Positions 9,001 to 15,533 of a stretch of 27,829 bases of DNA are shown here, in pieces. Numbering within the stretch: the first letter of the stretch is position 1; the number at the start of each line of letters is the position of its first letter. Below the pieces are notes generated by a model. That model did not search any database. It saw only the letters and a list, made by a program, of their open reading frames with translations, and had not been told where the DNA came from. Made by a program: the position numbers and the translations under genes. Origin of the DNA: Spirochaetales bacterium (GTDB lineage Bacteria; Spirochaetota; Spirochaetia; JABEVK01); contig JBAXAI010000044.1 in the NCBI GenBank assembly GCA_037142615.1, forward strand, positions 1 through 27,829, read 5' to 3'.

Positions 9001-11273
9001 TTGAAGGTATAGGCTCCCAGGCTCGAGGTCCCGCTGAGGGTCACCGTCGAGGCGCCCTGAGTGAAGGAACTCGGTGCGAAGGTTCCGCTGTCGCTGATCA
9101 CGCCGCTTGTCACCGTCACGGTACCGTCTAGGTTGGGCACGCTCAAGGTGTGGGTGACCACCTCGATCGTGCCGCTGTTGGTCACCGCTCCGCTGGTGGT
9201 CAGGTTGCCGCTGGCCGTCAGAGTGCCGCTGTTGTTGAGCGTGCCTATCCCGAGGCCCTGGAGCGTCACCAGTCCCGTTGTCACCAGGTTTCCGGCCACC
9301 GCGTTGGTCACCACGATGCCCGTCGCCCCGCCGTTGATCGTCGCACCGGTGGTCACCGTCAGCGTAGCGATCGTTCCGCCGGTTCCGGTGGCTGTCACCA
9401 CCCCGCTGGTGGTCGTGATCACATCCGCTGTCCCGGCGTAGGTCGCAAAGCTCAAGGTGTTCCCGCCCAGCGCGATCGTCCCGCTGTTGCTGATCGCGCC
9501 GGCCGAGGTCAGTGCCCCGCCGAGCGCCAAGCTTCCGGCTGTCACGGTAACGGTGGACGCATTCACGACTCCGCCAAGCGTCAGCGACCCGCTGGTCACC
9601 GTCAGGGCTCCAACGGTTCCCGCAGCGACAGACACCACCCCGGTGCTCGTCAAGGCTGGAGCCAGCGTGTAGGTAGCCGCCGTCACGGTTAGTCCCGCGC
9701 CGCCGTTGAGCACCACCGAGGTCGCGGCCGTCAGGCTGGCGATCGTCCCGGTCGCCGTGATCGTCCCGGCCGTCGTCGTCACCCCTCCGATTCCACTGAT
9801 CCCCGCCGCCGAGGCATCCAACGTGTTCCCGCCCAGGGCGATCGTTCCGCTGTTGGTCACCGCTCCGCTGGCCGTCAGGTTGCCGCTGGCCGTCAACGTG
9901 CCGCTGTTGTTGAGGGCCCCCAGGCCCGTGCTGGCCAAGGTCAACTTGCCAGCCGTGACGAGCGCAGGACTTCCCGTGGGATTCAGATTCGTGACCACGA
10001 GGCCGTTCGAACCTCCATCCAAGTTGACTCCGGTGGTGACGTTCAGCGTTGTGATCGTCGCCACCACCCCTGAGTTCGAGAGGGTGCCGCCTGAGGCGCT
10101 CACGGTGGCCAACCCAAATCCCGCCGTGTCAAACGTTCCCAACGAGAGGTTGAGGCTGGAAATCGTCAATCCGCCCGGATTCGTCAACGCCGCGCCAGCT
10201 ATGGCAAGCACATCGTAGGTCGTGACCGACGGGACCAGCGAGGTTCCACCCGTGATCCGGACCGTTCCCCCCAACGAGGTGCCGAGCCCCGTCAAGGTCC
10301 CGGTGCCATCAAACTCCAGGGTTCCAGTTCCGCCCAGCGTGAAGGCTCCCGCGCCCACGGTCAGGTCGTTGGAGGCGGTCACCCAGGTGCCGGCACTCAC
10401 CCCGAGCTTCCACACCGAAAGAGCCCCAGTTTGGGTCAGGCTGAAGGCTCCTGCCAGCGCCAACGCGTCGTCGACCGCAGGGGCAACAGCGAGGTTCCAA
10501 GTCCCCGACAAGGACGGATCTCCCGAGGCCACCGCCGTCAGCGTGTTGTAGGCAACCACCGGGCTTCCCGTCGTAATTGCCGTCACCGGCGCCGCCAGAG
10601 CATTGCCATTCAGATCGCTGGCGCTGATCGAAAAGGTGATTGCCCCGCCCGATGAAAGCGCCGAAACACCGAGCGTGCTGGTCGCTGTCCAGTTCGTCGG
10701 ACCGCCCGAGACCGCCGCACCCGCTCCATTGATGGTGACCGTCGGTGTTCCGGCGAGGTCCTCACTCGAAGTGAAGCTGACCGTGATGTCCTTACCTTGG
10801 GTAGCAAAGTTGGCACTTCGGGTGTCATTCGAAGCGATTGAAACAGACGACAACGTGGGTCGGGTGGCGTCGATGCTGTAGTTCGTCAGCGCGTCAAGCG
10901 ACCCCGTGAAGGCCGCCGTCGCTTCCGATAGAGTGTTGGTCACCTGCAAACTGACCACGGGAATTGCTGCAAGCACGGCGTAGTCCGCACCCGCCGCGAC
11001 TGTGAATGTCACGGTCAGGTGCGTGTCGTCGACATAGGTGGCCGGGGTACTGAGCGCGTAGCCCGCAACCGAGCCCGTCACGACATAGGGGGATTGGTCC
11101 CCCGGCGTGAAGGTTCCGTCGAGCACAAGGGTCGCGGTGACCACATCGCCGATTTTCCCCACGGTGGCCGCGTCGGGAATACTGACGGAAAGGATGCTCT
11201 GCCCCCACCCCGCCCCGGCCAGCATACCCATGAGAACAGCAAGAATGGAGCTTCGGGTCAAGAAACGTCTCAA
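3..11273 (-). CDS. Giant secreted/surface protein, >=3757 aa, 3'-partial; N-terminal Ig-like domains followed by a very long beta-helix/beta-strand repeat region (adhesin-like)
   Basis: TTG start at 11273 with GAGGTG RBS upstream. N-terminus MRRFLTRSSILAVLMGMLAGAGWG|QSILSVSIPD resembles a Sec signal peptide. Ig-like segment DATRPTLSSVSIASN...ITVSFTSSEDL..TPTVTING...ITFSISASDLNGN. The same frame reads GATTPLTGNLSVTGLAALGK at the left edge. The track lists no minus-strand ORF ending in this frame, which implies no in-frame stop, and a chain of + strand shadow ORFs keeps one register throughout. Recurrent motifs include FTQGASTVTLSG, YTFNNLT and YTFKNLT. Confidence 0.93.
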   Translation of the reverse strand, partial: MRRFLTRSSILAVLMGMLAGAGWGQSILSVSIPDAATVGKIGDVVTATLVLDGTFTPGDQSPYVVTGSVAGYALSTPATYVDDTHLTVTFTVAAGADYAVLAAIPVVSLQVTNTLSEATAAFTGSLDALTNYSIDATRPTLSSVSIASNDTRSANFATQGKDITVSFTSSEDLAGTPTVTINGAGAAVSGGPTNWTATSTLGVSALSSGGAITFSISASDLNGNALAAPVTAITTGSPVVAYNTLTAVASGDPSLSGTWNLAVAPAVDDALALAGAFSLTQTGALSVWKLGVSAGTWVTASNDLTVGAGAFTLGGTGTLEFDGTGTLTGLGTSLGGTVRITGGTSLVPSVTTYDVLAIAGAALTNPGGLTISSLNLSLGTFDTAGFGLATVSASGGTLSNSGVVATITTLNVTTGVNLDGGSNGLVVTNLNPTGSPALVTAGKLTLASTGLGALNNSGTLTASGNLTASGAVTNSGTIALGGNTLDASAAGISGIGGVTTTAGTITATGTIASLTAATSVVLNGGAGLTVTAATYTLAPALTSTGVVSVAAGTVGALTVTSGSLTLGGVVNASTVTVTAGSLALGGALTSAGAISNSGTIALGGNTLSFATYAGTADVITTTSGVVTATGTGGTIATLTVTTGATINGGATGIVVTNAVAGNLVTTGLVTLQGLGIGTLNNSGTLTASGNLTTSGAVTNSGTIEVVTHTLSVPNLDGTVTVTSGVISDSGTFAPSSFTQGASTVTLSGTSSLGAYTFNNLTVTGATTMTGNVVVSGTLGVTGVTLTTGDNSLSAGVLTEGASGVIDASGQTAGKTVTVSGATATLVAAGFTKGLGTFTLSGTTDLTSAGNNLGAMSVGGSVTLVDNLTAGAISVSGTLLATARTITATGTIANLTVTTSVALNGGAGLTVTAAAYTLAPALTSTGVVSVPAGTVGALTVTSGSLTLGGVVNASTVTVTAGSLALGGALTSAGAISNSGTIALGGNTLSFATYAGTADVITTTSGVVTATGTGGTIATLTVTTGATINGGATGIVVTNAVAGNLVTTGLVTLQGLGIGTLNNSGTLTASGNLTASGAVTNSGTIALAGNTLSFATYAGTADLITTTSGVVTATGAGGTVGTLTVGTSVTINGGAGATGIVVTDPVAGAITTTGKVSLGGTSITTLTVNSGTLTMSADVTTSGATTITAGTLILPAGRTLTTASFSNGGTLDTSGDLISGAVTSTGTITNTAVNTITATGDVALSGTFGGTATNSTLSVGSTANLTAGFTLGNLAVAAGGGNTVSALGSLTLAGNLALTSGTLAMGAQTLAVAGNVTPTSGWITSASTVTLDGAAQTADFTASSLTTLTVAASGAVSVTPPASVIATVNLNNTAGSIAFSGTALSATSLTTLGNAFSLSLTSGGSVANAVTFLNTGTLTLPAGFTFGAGATATAPSSKSLGGAISATTGTLDFQTTTTALTSATTLSATAGTGRVRLSGVTGTGMDLTIHGGTGATTLGGNLGSNGARLGAVTVDTTAGGTITLQSVFSSLAQTLGSAASTSTTLSGNYTTSLTSGTGIALAGPILLGTTPTFTTANADVTSGAVLEAAVAGVDGLTLVLGSGTWTASASLGATTPLGALTLTSGTLALGANNLALESNLTQTGGLLSFSGAGTLNLTGTAAQSLDFSTSTLQNVVVNKASGTATSTAAMTIGTSLDVQSGTLALAAALNAGLATVTVSGGSLTAGATAFATGAMSVSAGAFTQTGVSSAQTLASLAVSGGSVTWDSTAAGGTLVVSGAVSQTAGSLAFNNKNVSLGGNVTGNLSLYDLTIPAGKTVTPQAASSLTVLHDLNIAATGLYVNNGRPLTLGGSTVTTGTFTDLNTPFGNLQDLGAVTLANGGGATTKTIGGSSLGLVASSLTVGASVSFSTNGLPLTVTGTLTGAGTLVSTGSETVSVGQDFTVTSFTPANGTVVLSNGTAGAAALGTGAIGAYTFKNLTLSKSAPGDAVTPAKALTVTGSLTLTQGTLVAGALNHQIAGNWDSSSGTFALTAGASTFTLTSAGATIKSGSDPFYHLVVAQGGSLLSDLAAGGNLTVGTTTPASLADAAGTWKLAVTGTTNVTGGANALSWTNAANTFGGTVTLANTGANPITVDNAGAITYGVVSAGGAFSAVSAGAVNTNGNLTAASISVQGVAVSATTSAVTWDAGSGAIVVNAGGSALDLTKASLTTTNATSSAVTLQTASTVTLGTITASAAGARLTLGLGAADVTGAVSQALNTSLVVDQVAGSTGNAVTLVATGTGSNAVAAVAGFTTSHAGGSAALSVTNSGASVLSVSGAVSTTSSGAGNNSDVTFSSVHGLNLGATVTAGTSSTGLITLANTTDGGITESAALTANGLQVTGSYSTALSLGSANAVPLLATNTTGGTLTFVTGGALTVGTVGATSGVTSGNQNVALTSNGLLTFSQSLVAGSGTVYLNTGTGGLTQTGTAPGQITTTGGLELVGASAAGFALPNTSNALAKLAVNTSLGAVSVYSTGAVSVDHVVNLANDGVTTTNQDFALTTTGAVSQTKAINVGPANLLTVRTQLNAGANVSLATVANTSGSLDLQTQTSAGAANSAGAIAYLAAPTNLNVVALKSGTATGTLDFQMNAGTPNSVTQSVGALVAGTSVKLTANNNHIDWSTNGASNTLTAVQLVSGGNVSLNSAGGYALYGTVAGNLSAISGAGNITVTAALASTGGSLSLVPAGSILLNGAASPLVSTVDANLTLGKDVLLVADATVSITAPTVLRTLAFSGKVDSSGSAHSLTVNSASALDNEVTIAGPIGSSLALNALTVHGNDLSLPNIGTSAPAVGAATVTVLGYDKTATAAVKLTGTQYRTSGAQSYDTNAATGQVFLQAGSPVNFAAAANLTLGATTTNPVLLSAGTNLNATTTGTGNLATVAIAGSSSEDVTLTASGTGTVTAGAMTANIHAISLTSNAVTGVTLNGNLATDTNVGNTVTITGNLTLAANLTITTGNVAGNAISVTGTINSDGVAARTLTLDASAGSGSTVTVGGVVGTDATGGSALKRLAAFTAKGTTIGVNNVFTNGAQAYTATTATNLNGSTYTSTTTTTSPALGFTGPVVLRTGAGLTATLTTNGAANDDVSFSGTLDANNATPERLTVSAGATGNLTIGGVLGGTKALGALTIAAHTATFGGNVGASAAAAGVAGTSSVTASNQVVFGVGSTAQTFAGATTLAAAAGNNLVFNAASTVTNLSTATLTFGSATVGIQLNAAGAHLTVNSKGPLSLLGGVAGTSSESLTLDTSSGVASNRTIALGASTAALKSITLNGLDGIALHGNLTTSNVGAFGVSITGPVTLQSNVAIDSSAGTGGITLASGSTINDSAANTHTLSLVAGGALSLGASVGNTAAPLSVAGSATTIATFSGTTYASTGTQGWSAAAGNTFVIASGATTTFSTSSAPLSFNTGKLALGSTNNLVLSTTAGAISAQAGVQGNPGTKQTVNLNAGTSTLDVGPIGVSGQNDINTVTLRGDTSVTLRGDVFTDNLAANNVSVTGPVLLATGVTVQTGTAVTFAADAQVSFSSTLNSTGGAGKALTVKTGPSGDQGKLTASGVLGGVSSLGVLTIQTNQAALNGIGNAGGPGATSVALTLTDPSGHLPVATLTGASAPTLYRTSGSQSWDATPTGTLQLSANDVTVRTQAATIAFTGLLNQNAKNLSLDATDAAGSPVGANVTVNQAIDNGVALTVNAGTAGTASLAGLVGATTPLTGNLSVTGLAALGK
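7861..8040. repeat. Diverged partial repeat of the TLSFATYAGTAD module (other copies ~8176-8349 and ~9316-9489)
   Basis: tccgctgtcccggcgtaggtcgc occurs at ~7975, ~8284 and ~9424, with similar flanks. Confidence 0.8.
8025..8633. repeat. ~610-bp intragenic direct repeat, copy A (copy B at 9165-9773)
   Basis: Line-by-line match at offset 1140 bp (380 codons). 8059-8459 appears identical to 9199-9599, with scattered mismatches only at the flanks. Confidence 0.95.
9165..9773. repeat. ~610-bp intragenic direct repeat, copy B
   Basis: Matches copy A. Encodes a ~203-aa unit containing SNSGTIALGGNTLSFATYAGTADVITTTSGVVTATG. Confidence 0.95.
9823..9914. repeat. Short partial repeat similar to 8008-8099
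   Basis: gcgatcgttccgctgttggtcaccgctccgctggccgtcaggttgccgctggccgtca is shared between ~8023 and ~9838. Confidence 0.8.
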
Positions 11274-11317
11274 GCGGGGTAACACCTCAAGCTGACAATA
11301 TATAGCTCAGCCCTACG

Positions 11318-11346
11318 ATTATCGGTGAAACGGGGCGGAGTTTGAA
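11318..11346 (-). promoter_or_regulatory. Putative promoter of the giant gene (overlapping sigma28-like and sigma70-like readings)
   Basis: Minus strand reads TCAA-N15-ACCGATAA (sigma28 consensus TAAA-N15-GCCGATAA) and also TTCAAA-N17-GATAAT, about 45 bp upstream of the TTG. Confidence 0.45.
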
Positions 11347-11388
11347 GCAGGACTCCCCTTTTCGCCGTCTGGGTGGTACAAAAGGAGC

Positions 11389-11670
11389 ATGAGAAAGAGG
11401 GGACTGCCGGAGCGGTTGGACGACAAGCACTACACCTATGGCGACTCGCGACACTGGCCCGAGGACGAACGGTGGGAACTCATCGATGGCGTGGCCTTTT
11501 GGATGGCGACACCGTCGTTCGACCACCAGGCAATTTCGATGGAACTGAGTGTGCAGCTTGGCACTTTTCTGAAGGGACCGCCGTCGCTGGTCCAACAGGG
11601 AACGGTGGTGTGCCCGGTACTGGATGGCTCCGAGCTTGAACTTGCTTCGCTTTGGTCCGAGGCGGACTAG
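11389..11670 (+). pseudogene. Uma2-family PD-(D/E)XK endonuclease remnant with internal deletion
   Basis: Typical Uma2 N-terminus (YTYGD..W..DERWELIDGV...TPSFDHQ.IS.EL..QL..FLKG) is joined almost directly to a typical C-terminus (VVCPVLDGSELELASLW). The QPD and VEILSP catalytic core is absent, and the ORF is only 93 aa. Confidence 0.8.
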
Positions 11671-11696
11671 CACCGACCCCCTGGTGCCTGCGTGAC

Positions 11697-11725
11697 TTGC
11701 CACTTGGGCCCTGTTTCCTTACATT
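11697..11725 (+). promoter_or_regulatory. sigma70-type promoter for htpG
   Basis: TTGCCA-N17-TACATT, followed by the AAGGAG RBS and ATG at 11746. Confidence 0.65.
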
Positions 11726-11745
11726 AATCCGTCGAAGGAGATTTC

Positions 11746-13614
11746 ATGTCCAAGCGAGAGTTTCAAACCGAGGTCAACCAACTTCTGCAGTTGATCATTC
11801 ATTCCTTGTATTCCCATCAGGAGATCTTCCTGCGGGAACTGGTTTCGAACGCTTCTGACGCGCTCGATAAGCTCAAATACCTGACCCTGACCGAGGACGC
11901 CTACAAGTCGTTGGCCTTCGATCCCCGGATCGACCTGGAGCTCGACGAAGAGCATCACACGCTGAGCATTGCCGATAGCGGCATCGGCATGAACGACGAA
12001 GACCTCGTGGCGCATCTGGGCACCATTGCCCGCTCGGGAACCAAGAACTTCTTGAGCAAACTTTCCGGCGACGCCAAGCGAGACAGCAACCTGATCGGCC
12101 AGTTCGGCGTCGGGTTCTACTCGGCCTTCATGGTGGCCGACCGCGTCGAAGTGATCAGCCGCAAGGCCGGCGAAGAAAAAGCCTGTCGTTGGACCAGCGA
12201 CGGCAAGTCCGGCTTCGAAATTGAGGCCGCCGAACGCGACAAACACGGCACCACGGTCATCCTGTATTTTAACGAAGAGGGCAAAGAATACGCCTCCAGT
12301 TGGAAGATCAAAGACGTCATCAAAAAGTACTCCAACCACATCGCCTTCCCCATCCACATGACCTACGACAAGAGTGAGTGGGACGAGGGTGAAAAGAAGT
12401 CGGTCAAAAAGAACACCACCGAGCAGATCAACTCGGCCAACGCCCTGTGGAAGCGCGCCAAGAGCGAGCTCAAGGACGAAGACTACAAGGAGTTTTACAA
12501 GACCCTGTCGGGCGACTGGGAAGAGCCGCTGGTTTGGTTTCACACCAAGGCTGAAGGCACCATGGAGTACACCACGCTGTTCTACGTGCCCAGCAAGCAG
12601 CCTTTTGACCTGTTCCAGGCCGACTACAAACCCGGAGTCAAGCTCTACGTCAAGCGCGTGTTCATCACCGACGACGACAAGGAACTGCTGCCCACGTGGA
12701 TGCGCTTTTTGCGCGGCGTCATCGACTCCGAAGACCTGCCGCTCAACGTCAGCCGCGAGATTCTGCAGCAAAACAAAGTGCTCAACACCATCAAGACGGC
12801 CAGCGTCAAGAAAGTGCTGGGCGAGCTGCAGACTTTGGCCACCAACAACCCCGAGCTGTACGGCAAGTTCATCGAAAACTACAACCGCCTGCTCAAAGAA
12901 GGCCTATACAGCGACTTCGCCAACCGCGAGGCCCTGCTCGACCTGGTGCGCGTCAAGTCGACGAAGGCGGAAGGGTACACCAGCCTCGCCGAAGTGAAAG
13001 ACCGCATGCAGGCCGACCAGAAGGGCATTTACTTCATCACCGGCGGCGCCAATGGACAGCTTCGTTCTTCCCCTCTGCTCGAAATCTACAAGAAGAAAGA
13101 CATCGAGGTGCTCATCCTCGACGACGAAATCGACGAGATCGTGTTCAGCGGCGTCGACAAGTACAAGGACGTGGAGCTCAAGTCGGTCAACAAGGCCAGC
13201 GCCGGCGACGACCTGAAGGAAGAAGCCGACAAGAAGAAAGAAGAGGACGTGAAGCCTCTGTTGGAACGCCTGAAGAAAGCCTTGGGTGACAGCGTCAAGG
13301 ACGTGCGCTCCTCGGTCCGTTTGGCCGACAGCCCCAGCTGCATTGTCGCCGACGAAGACGACCCCACACTCAAAATGGCTCAGATGATGAAGGCCATGGG
13401 CCAAGCAGGGAACATGCCCGCCATGAAGCCCATTTTGGAAGTGAACCCCGACCACGCCATCGTGAAGCGGCTCGCCGATGTTACCGACGAAGACCAGCTG
13501 GCCGACGCCGCGTGGTTGCTGCTCGACCAAGCCCTGCTCATCGAAGGCGTGCCCCTCGAAGACCCGGCCAAGTTCGTGCAACGGCTCAACCGGGTGCTCG
13601 GAAAGGCAATCTAG
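11746..13614 (+). CDS. htpG: Molecular chaperone HtpG (Hsp90)
   Basis: 622 aa with IFLRELVSNASDA, DSGIGM, LGTIARSGT, IGQFGVGFYS and DLPLNVSRE motifs; strong RBS. Confidence 0.99.
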   Translation: MSKREFQTEVNQLLQLIIHSLYSHQEIFLRELVSNASDALDKLKYLTLTEDAYKSLAFDPRIDLELDEEHHTLSIADSGIGMNDEDLVAHLGTIARSGTKNFLSKLSGDAKRDSNLIGQFGVGFYSAFMVADRVEVISRKAGEEKACRWTSDGKSGFEIEAAERDKHGTTVILYFNEEGKEYASSWKIKDVIKKYSNHIAFPIHMTYDKSEWDEGEKKSVKKNTTEQINSANALWKRAKSELKDEDYKEFYKTLSGDWEEPLVWFHTKAEGTMEYTTLFYVPSKQPFDLFQADYKPGVKLYVKRVFITDDDKELLPTWMRFLRGVIDSEDLPLNVSREILQQNKVLNTIKTASVKKVLGELQTLATNNPELYGKFIENYNRLLKEGLYSDFANREALLDLVRVKSTKAEGYTSLAEVKDRMQADQKGIYFITGGANGQLRSSPLLEIYKKKDIEVLILDDEIDEIVFSGVDKYKDVELKSVNKASAGDDLKEEADKKKEEDVKPLLERLKKALGDSVKDVRSSVRLADSPSCIVADEDDPTLKMAQMMKAMGQAGNMPAMKPILEVNPDHAIVKRLADVTDEDQLADAAWLLLDQALLIEGVPLEDPAKFVQRLNRVLGKAI

Positions 13615-15533
13615 AACTGACGGACGGCGCGGGTGACGGTGATGTTGCTCGTGTTGCTTTTCAGCAGGGCATTCCACGAGGCGCCCACAAGGTTGAGATT
13701 TGGATTGGTCCAGCCCCAGCACCCGCTGGTGGCGCACTGGCTTGATGAATTGAAGACGTACACGGATACCCATCCCACCGAGGTAACTACGTTCTGGAGC
13801 GCTTTCCCCTCGTCGAGGCTGGGCATAAACCAGTCGGCGTACCCGCCCAGGGTATACGTGTGGCAGTCGTTAGCCATGTAAGAGCCCGCTCCCTGGAGCG
13901 CCAAGATGGCGTCGGAGTTGGCCTTCCCGGTGCCCACCGCGGTGCCCGTCGCTCCCGTTACATTCACGCAGTTATACGGAGAGTCATTCCACGCGTGGTT
14001 CGCCCCCAAATTGACCGCCCCCGCCTCCAAGTACCGCCAGCCGTTGGAATAGCTCCCCTTGTCGTAGAACAGGTAGCCACCGGCCGGTCCGGCCGTGTTG
14101 GCGAGGTAGAGCTTGTTGGTCACGGCGGCTGTCGCCACGGTTCCACCTTGCCCGTCGGAGGGGGTTGCTGTAACGGTCGCAACTCCGGCCGTCGAGCCTC
14201 CGGTCACGGTACCAGCGGAAGCCGCGACCCACGTGGCGTTTGTCGTGCTCCAGGTCACGCCCGGAGCCGTGGCGTTGCTCGGCAAGTAGGTCACCACCAG
14301 CGCCTCGCTGGAACCCGGCAGTAACAACAACGACGCCTTGTTCAAGGTGACGCTCGCCACCCTGATGCCCACGGGGGTGAAGGCCGAGGGCGTACTTTGG
14401 CCACTGGTCCCAGAGGTCCCGGTCGCCTTGACCCAGACGTAGTAGCTGGCGTAGTTCGTCAGACCGGTGAGGGTGCACGAGGTCGCCGAAACGTCGGTAC
14501 CGCCCGAGGCTTGGTTACCGGGCAACGCGTTGGTGGTGCTGGCATAAACTTGGTACAGCGTGGCACCACTGACGGCGGCCCACGCGACACTGAGTTGTCC
14601 ACTCCCTGCTGGCCCGGGCAGCGTGGTTGCCGTCGGAGCCCCCGGTGCGGCAGGAATGCACGTGAAGCTCACCTGGGGCCCGTAGCCCGTTCCGACTGAG
14701 TTCGTGGCATAGGCACGAACGTAGTAGGTCGTTCCTGCAGCCAAACCGGCGAGCGCGCTGCTGTAGGTTCCCGAACTGACGTTTTCGCTGGTGTGCGCAC
14801 CGGTGGCCACGGGGTTCTGGCCAGTGCTCCAGCAAACGCCGCTGGCCGTGATGGGCCAATCCCCGTAGGTCGCAATGGTGCCGCCGGTGGTCGCCGTGCT
14901 CGAGGTCACCGAGGTGACTGCCGACGTGGTGAGGGTGGGGGCTCGTCCGGCGGTCCAGCGGGCATACAGCGTGACGGCCGAGCCTTCGCTGGTCACCGGG
15001 TAGGCGTCGCCGTCGACGTAGTCAGTGCCACTCCCGTCGGCTCGGGTGGCAACCTGTTCGAACGTGAAGTTCACCCGTTCGAACAGGTTGCCACCCAGCC
15101 TGGTTGGCTCGTCTGGCGAGAGTGCCAGGTCGGCCATGGAACCCGCGCCGGTCGCCGGCTCGAAGTTCGGCACGAACGTGAGGCTTGCCCAGGGGCTCCA
15201 CATAGCCCAGAGGTCTTGGTCGGCATAGCCAGGAACAAAGCTCGCTTCGTTGACCAACGCGACAAGGCCCGTCTCGGTGGTGGCCCAGCCTGCAAAGCTC
15301 TGGGCGGTGCGAACGAACCCGTTGGTTTGAAGCTTGAGCGCCACGCCGACGCTCACCTTTTGCGCTTCCATGGCACCCGTCCCGCCGTTGCCATGGAAGT
15401 TCACGACGAAGTCCGTCGACCGGCCCGCATTGGCGGCCGAGTGCACGTCGTTCGGCGCCGAGAACCCGTCCGAGCCGAGGTCGCACGAAGCGAGGAGGAC
15501 CAACCCGAGGAGTCCGCCCAGGAGGCGGTTCAC
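13611..15533 (-). CDS. Multidomain surface lipoprotein (640 aa): InlB-B-like repeats, fibronectin III, Big_2 Ig, C-terminal DUF1566/Lcl-like (C-type-lectin fold) domain
   Basis: GTG at 15533 overlaps the upstream TGA (GTGA). Lipobox LVLLAS-C. Two F.GN/PN..TG.M...F.R....F..W/V.T...LYA.W repeats; FN3 motifs TYYVRAYATNSVGTGYG and YYVWVKA; Big_2 VASVTLNK...PSNAT...VTWS; C-terminal GPAGGYLFYDKG...WRYLEA...DWFMPS.DE...RAVRQF. Confidence 0.88.
   Translation of the reverse strand: MNRLLGGLLGLVLLASCDLGSDGFSAPNDVHSAANAGRSTDFVVNFHGNGGTGAMEAQKVSVGVALKLQTNGFVRTAQSFAGWATTETGLVALVNEASFVPGYADQDLWAMWSPWASLTFVPNFEPATGAGSMADLALSPDEPTRLGGNLFERVNFTFEQVATRADGSGTDYVDGDAYPVTSEGSAVTLYARWTAGRAPTLTTSAVTSVTSSTATTGGTIATYGDWPITASGVCWSTGQNPVATGAHTSENVSSGTYSSALAGLAAGTTYYVRAYATNSVGTGYGPQVSFTCIPAAPGAPTATTLPGPAGSGQLSVAWAAVSGATLYQVYASTTNALPGNQASGGTDVSATSCTLTGLTNYASYYVWVKATGTSGTSGQSTPSAFTPVGIRVASVTLNKASLLLLPGSSEALVVTYLPSNATAPGVTWSTTNATWVAASAGTVTGGSTAGVATVTATPSDGQGGTVATAAVTNKLYLANTAGPAGGYLFYDKGSYSNGWRYLEAGAVNLGANHAWNDSPYNCVNVTGATGTAVGTGKANSDAILALQGAGSYMANDCHTYTLGGYADWFMPSLDEGKALQNVVTSVGWVSVYVFNSSSQCATSGCWGWTNPNLNLVGASWNALLKSNTSNITVTRAVRQF

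Noticed and set aside
25-11295. Dozens of long + strand ORFs (V/P/A/T-rich or R/G-rich) and short minus-strand ORFs in other frames
   Set aside because: They are antisense or off-frame shadows of the giant minus-strand gene, caused by GC-rich codon bias, and show no recognisable motifs.
11667-11690. CIRCE-like sequence CTAGCACC-N8-GGTGCCTG upstream of the htpG promoter
   Set aside because: GCAC-to-GTGC spacing is 10 nt versus 13 in CIRCE (TTAGCACTC-N9-GAGTGCTAA), and the right arm is poor. At most a degenerate site or weak hairpin.
11719-13773. 350-aa and 289-aa minus-strand ORFs opposite htpG
   Set aside because: Antisense shadows of a highly codon-biased gene.
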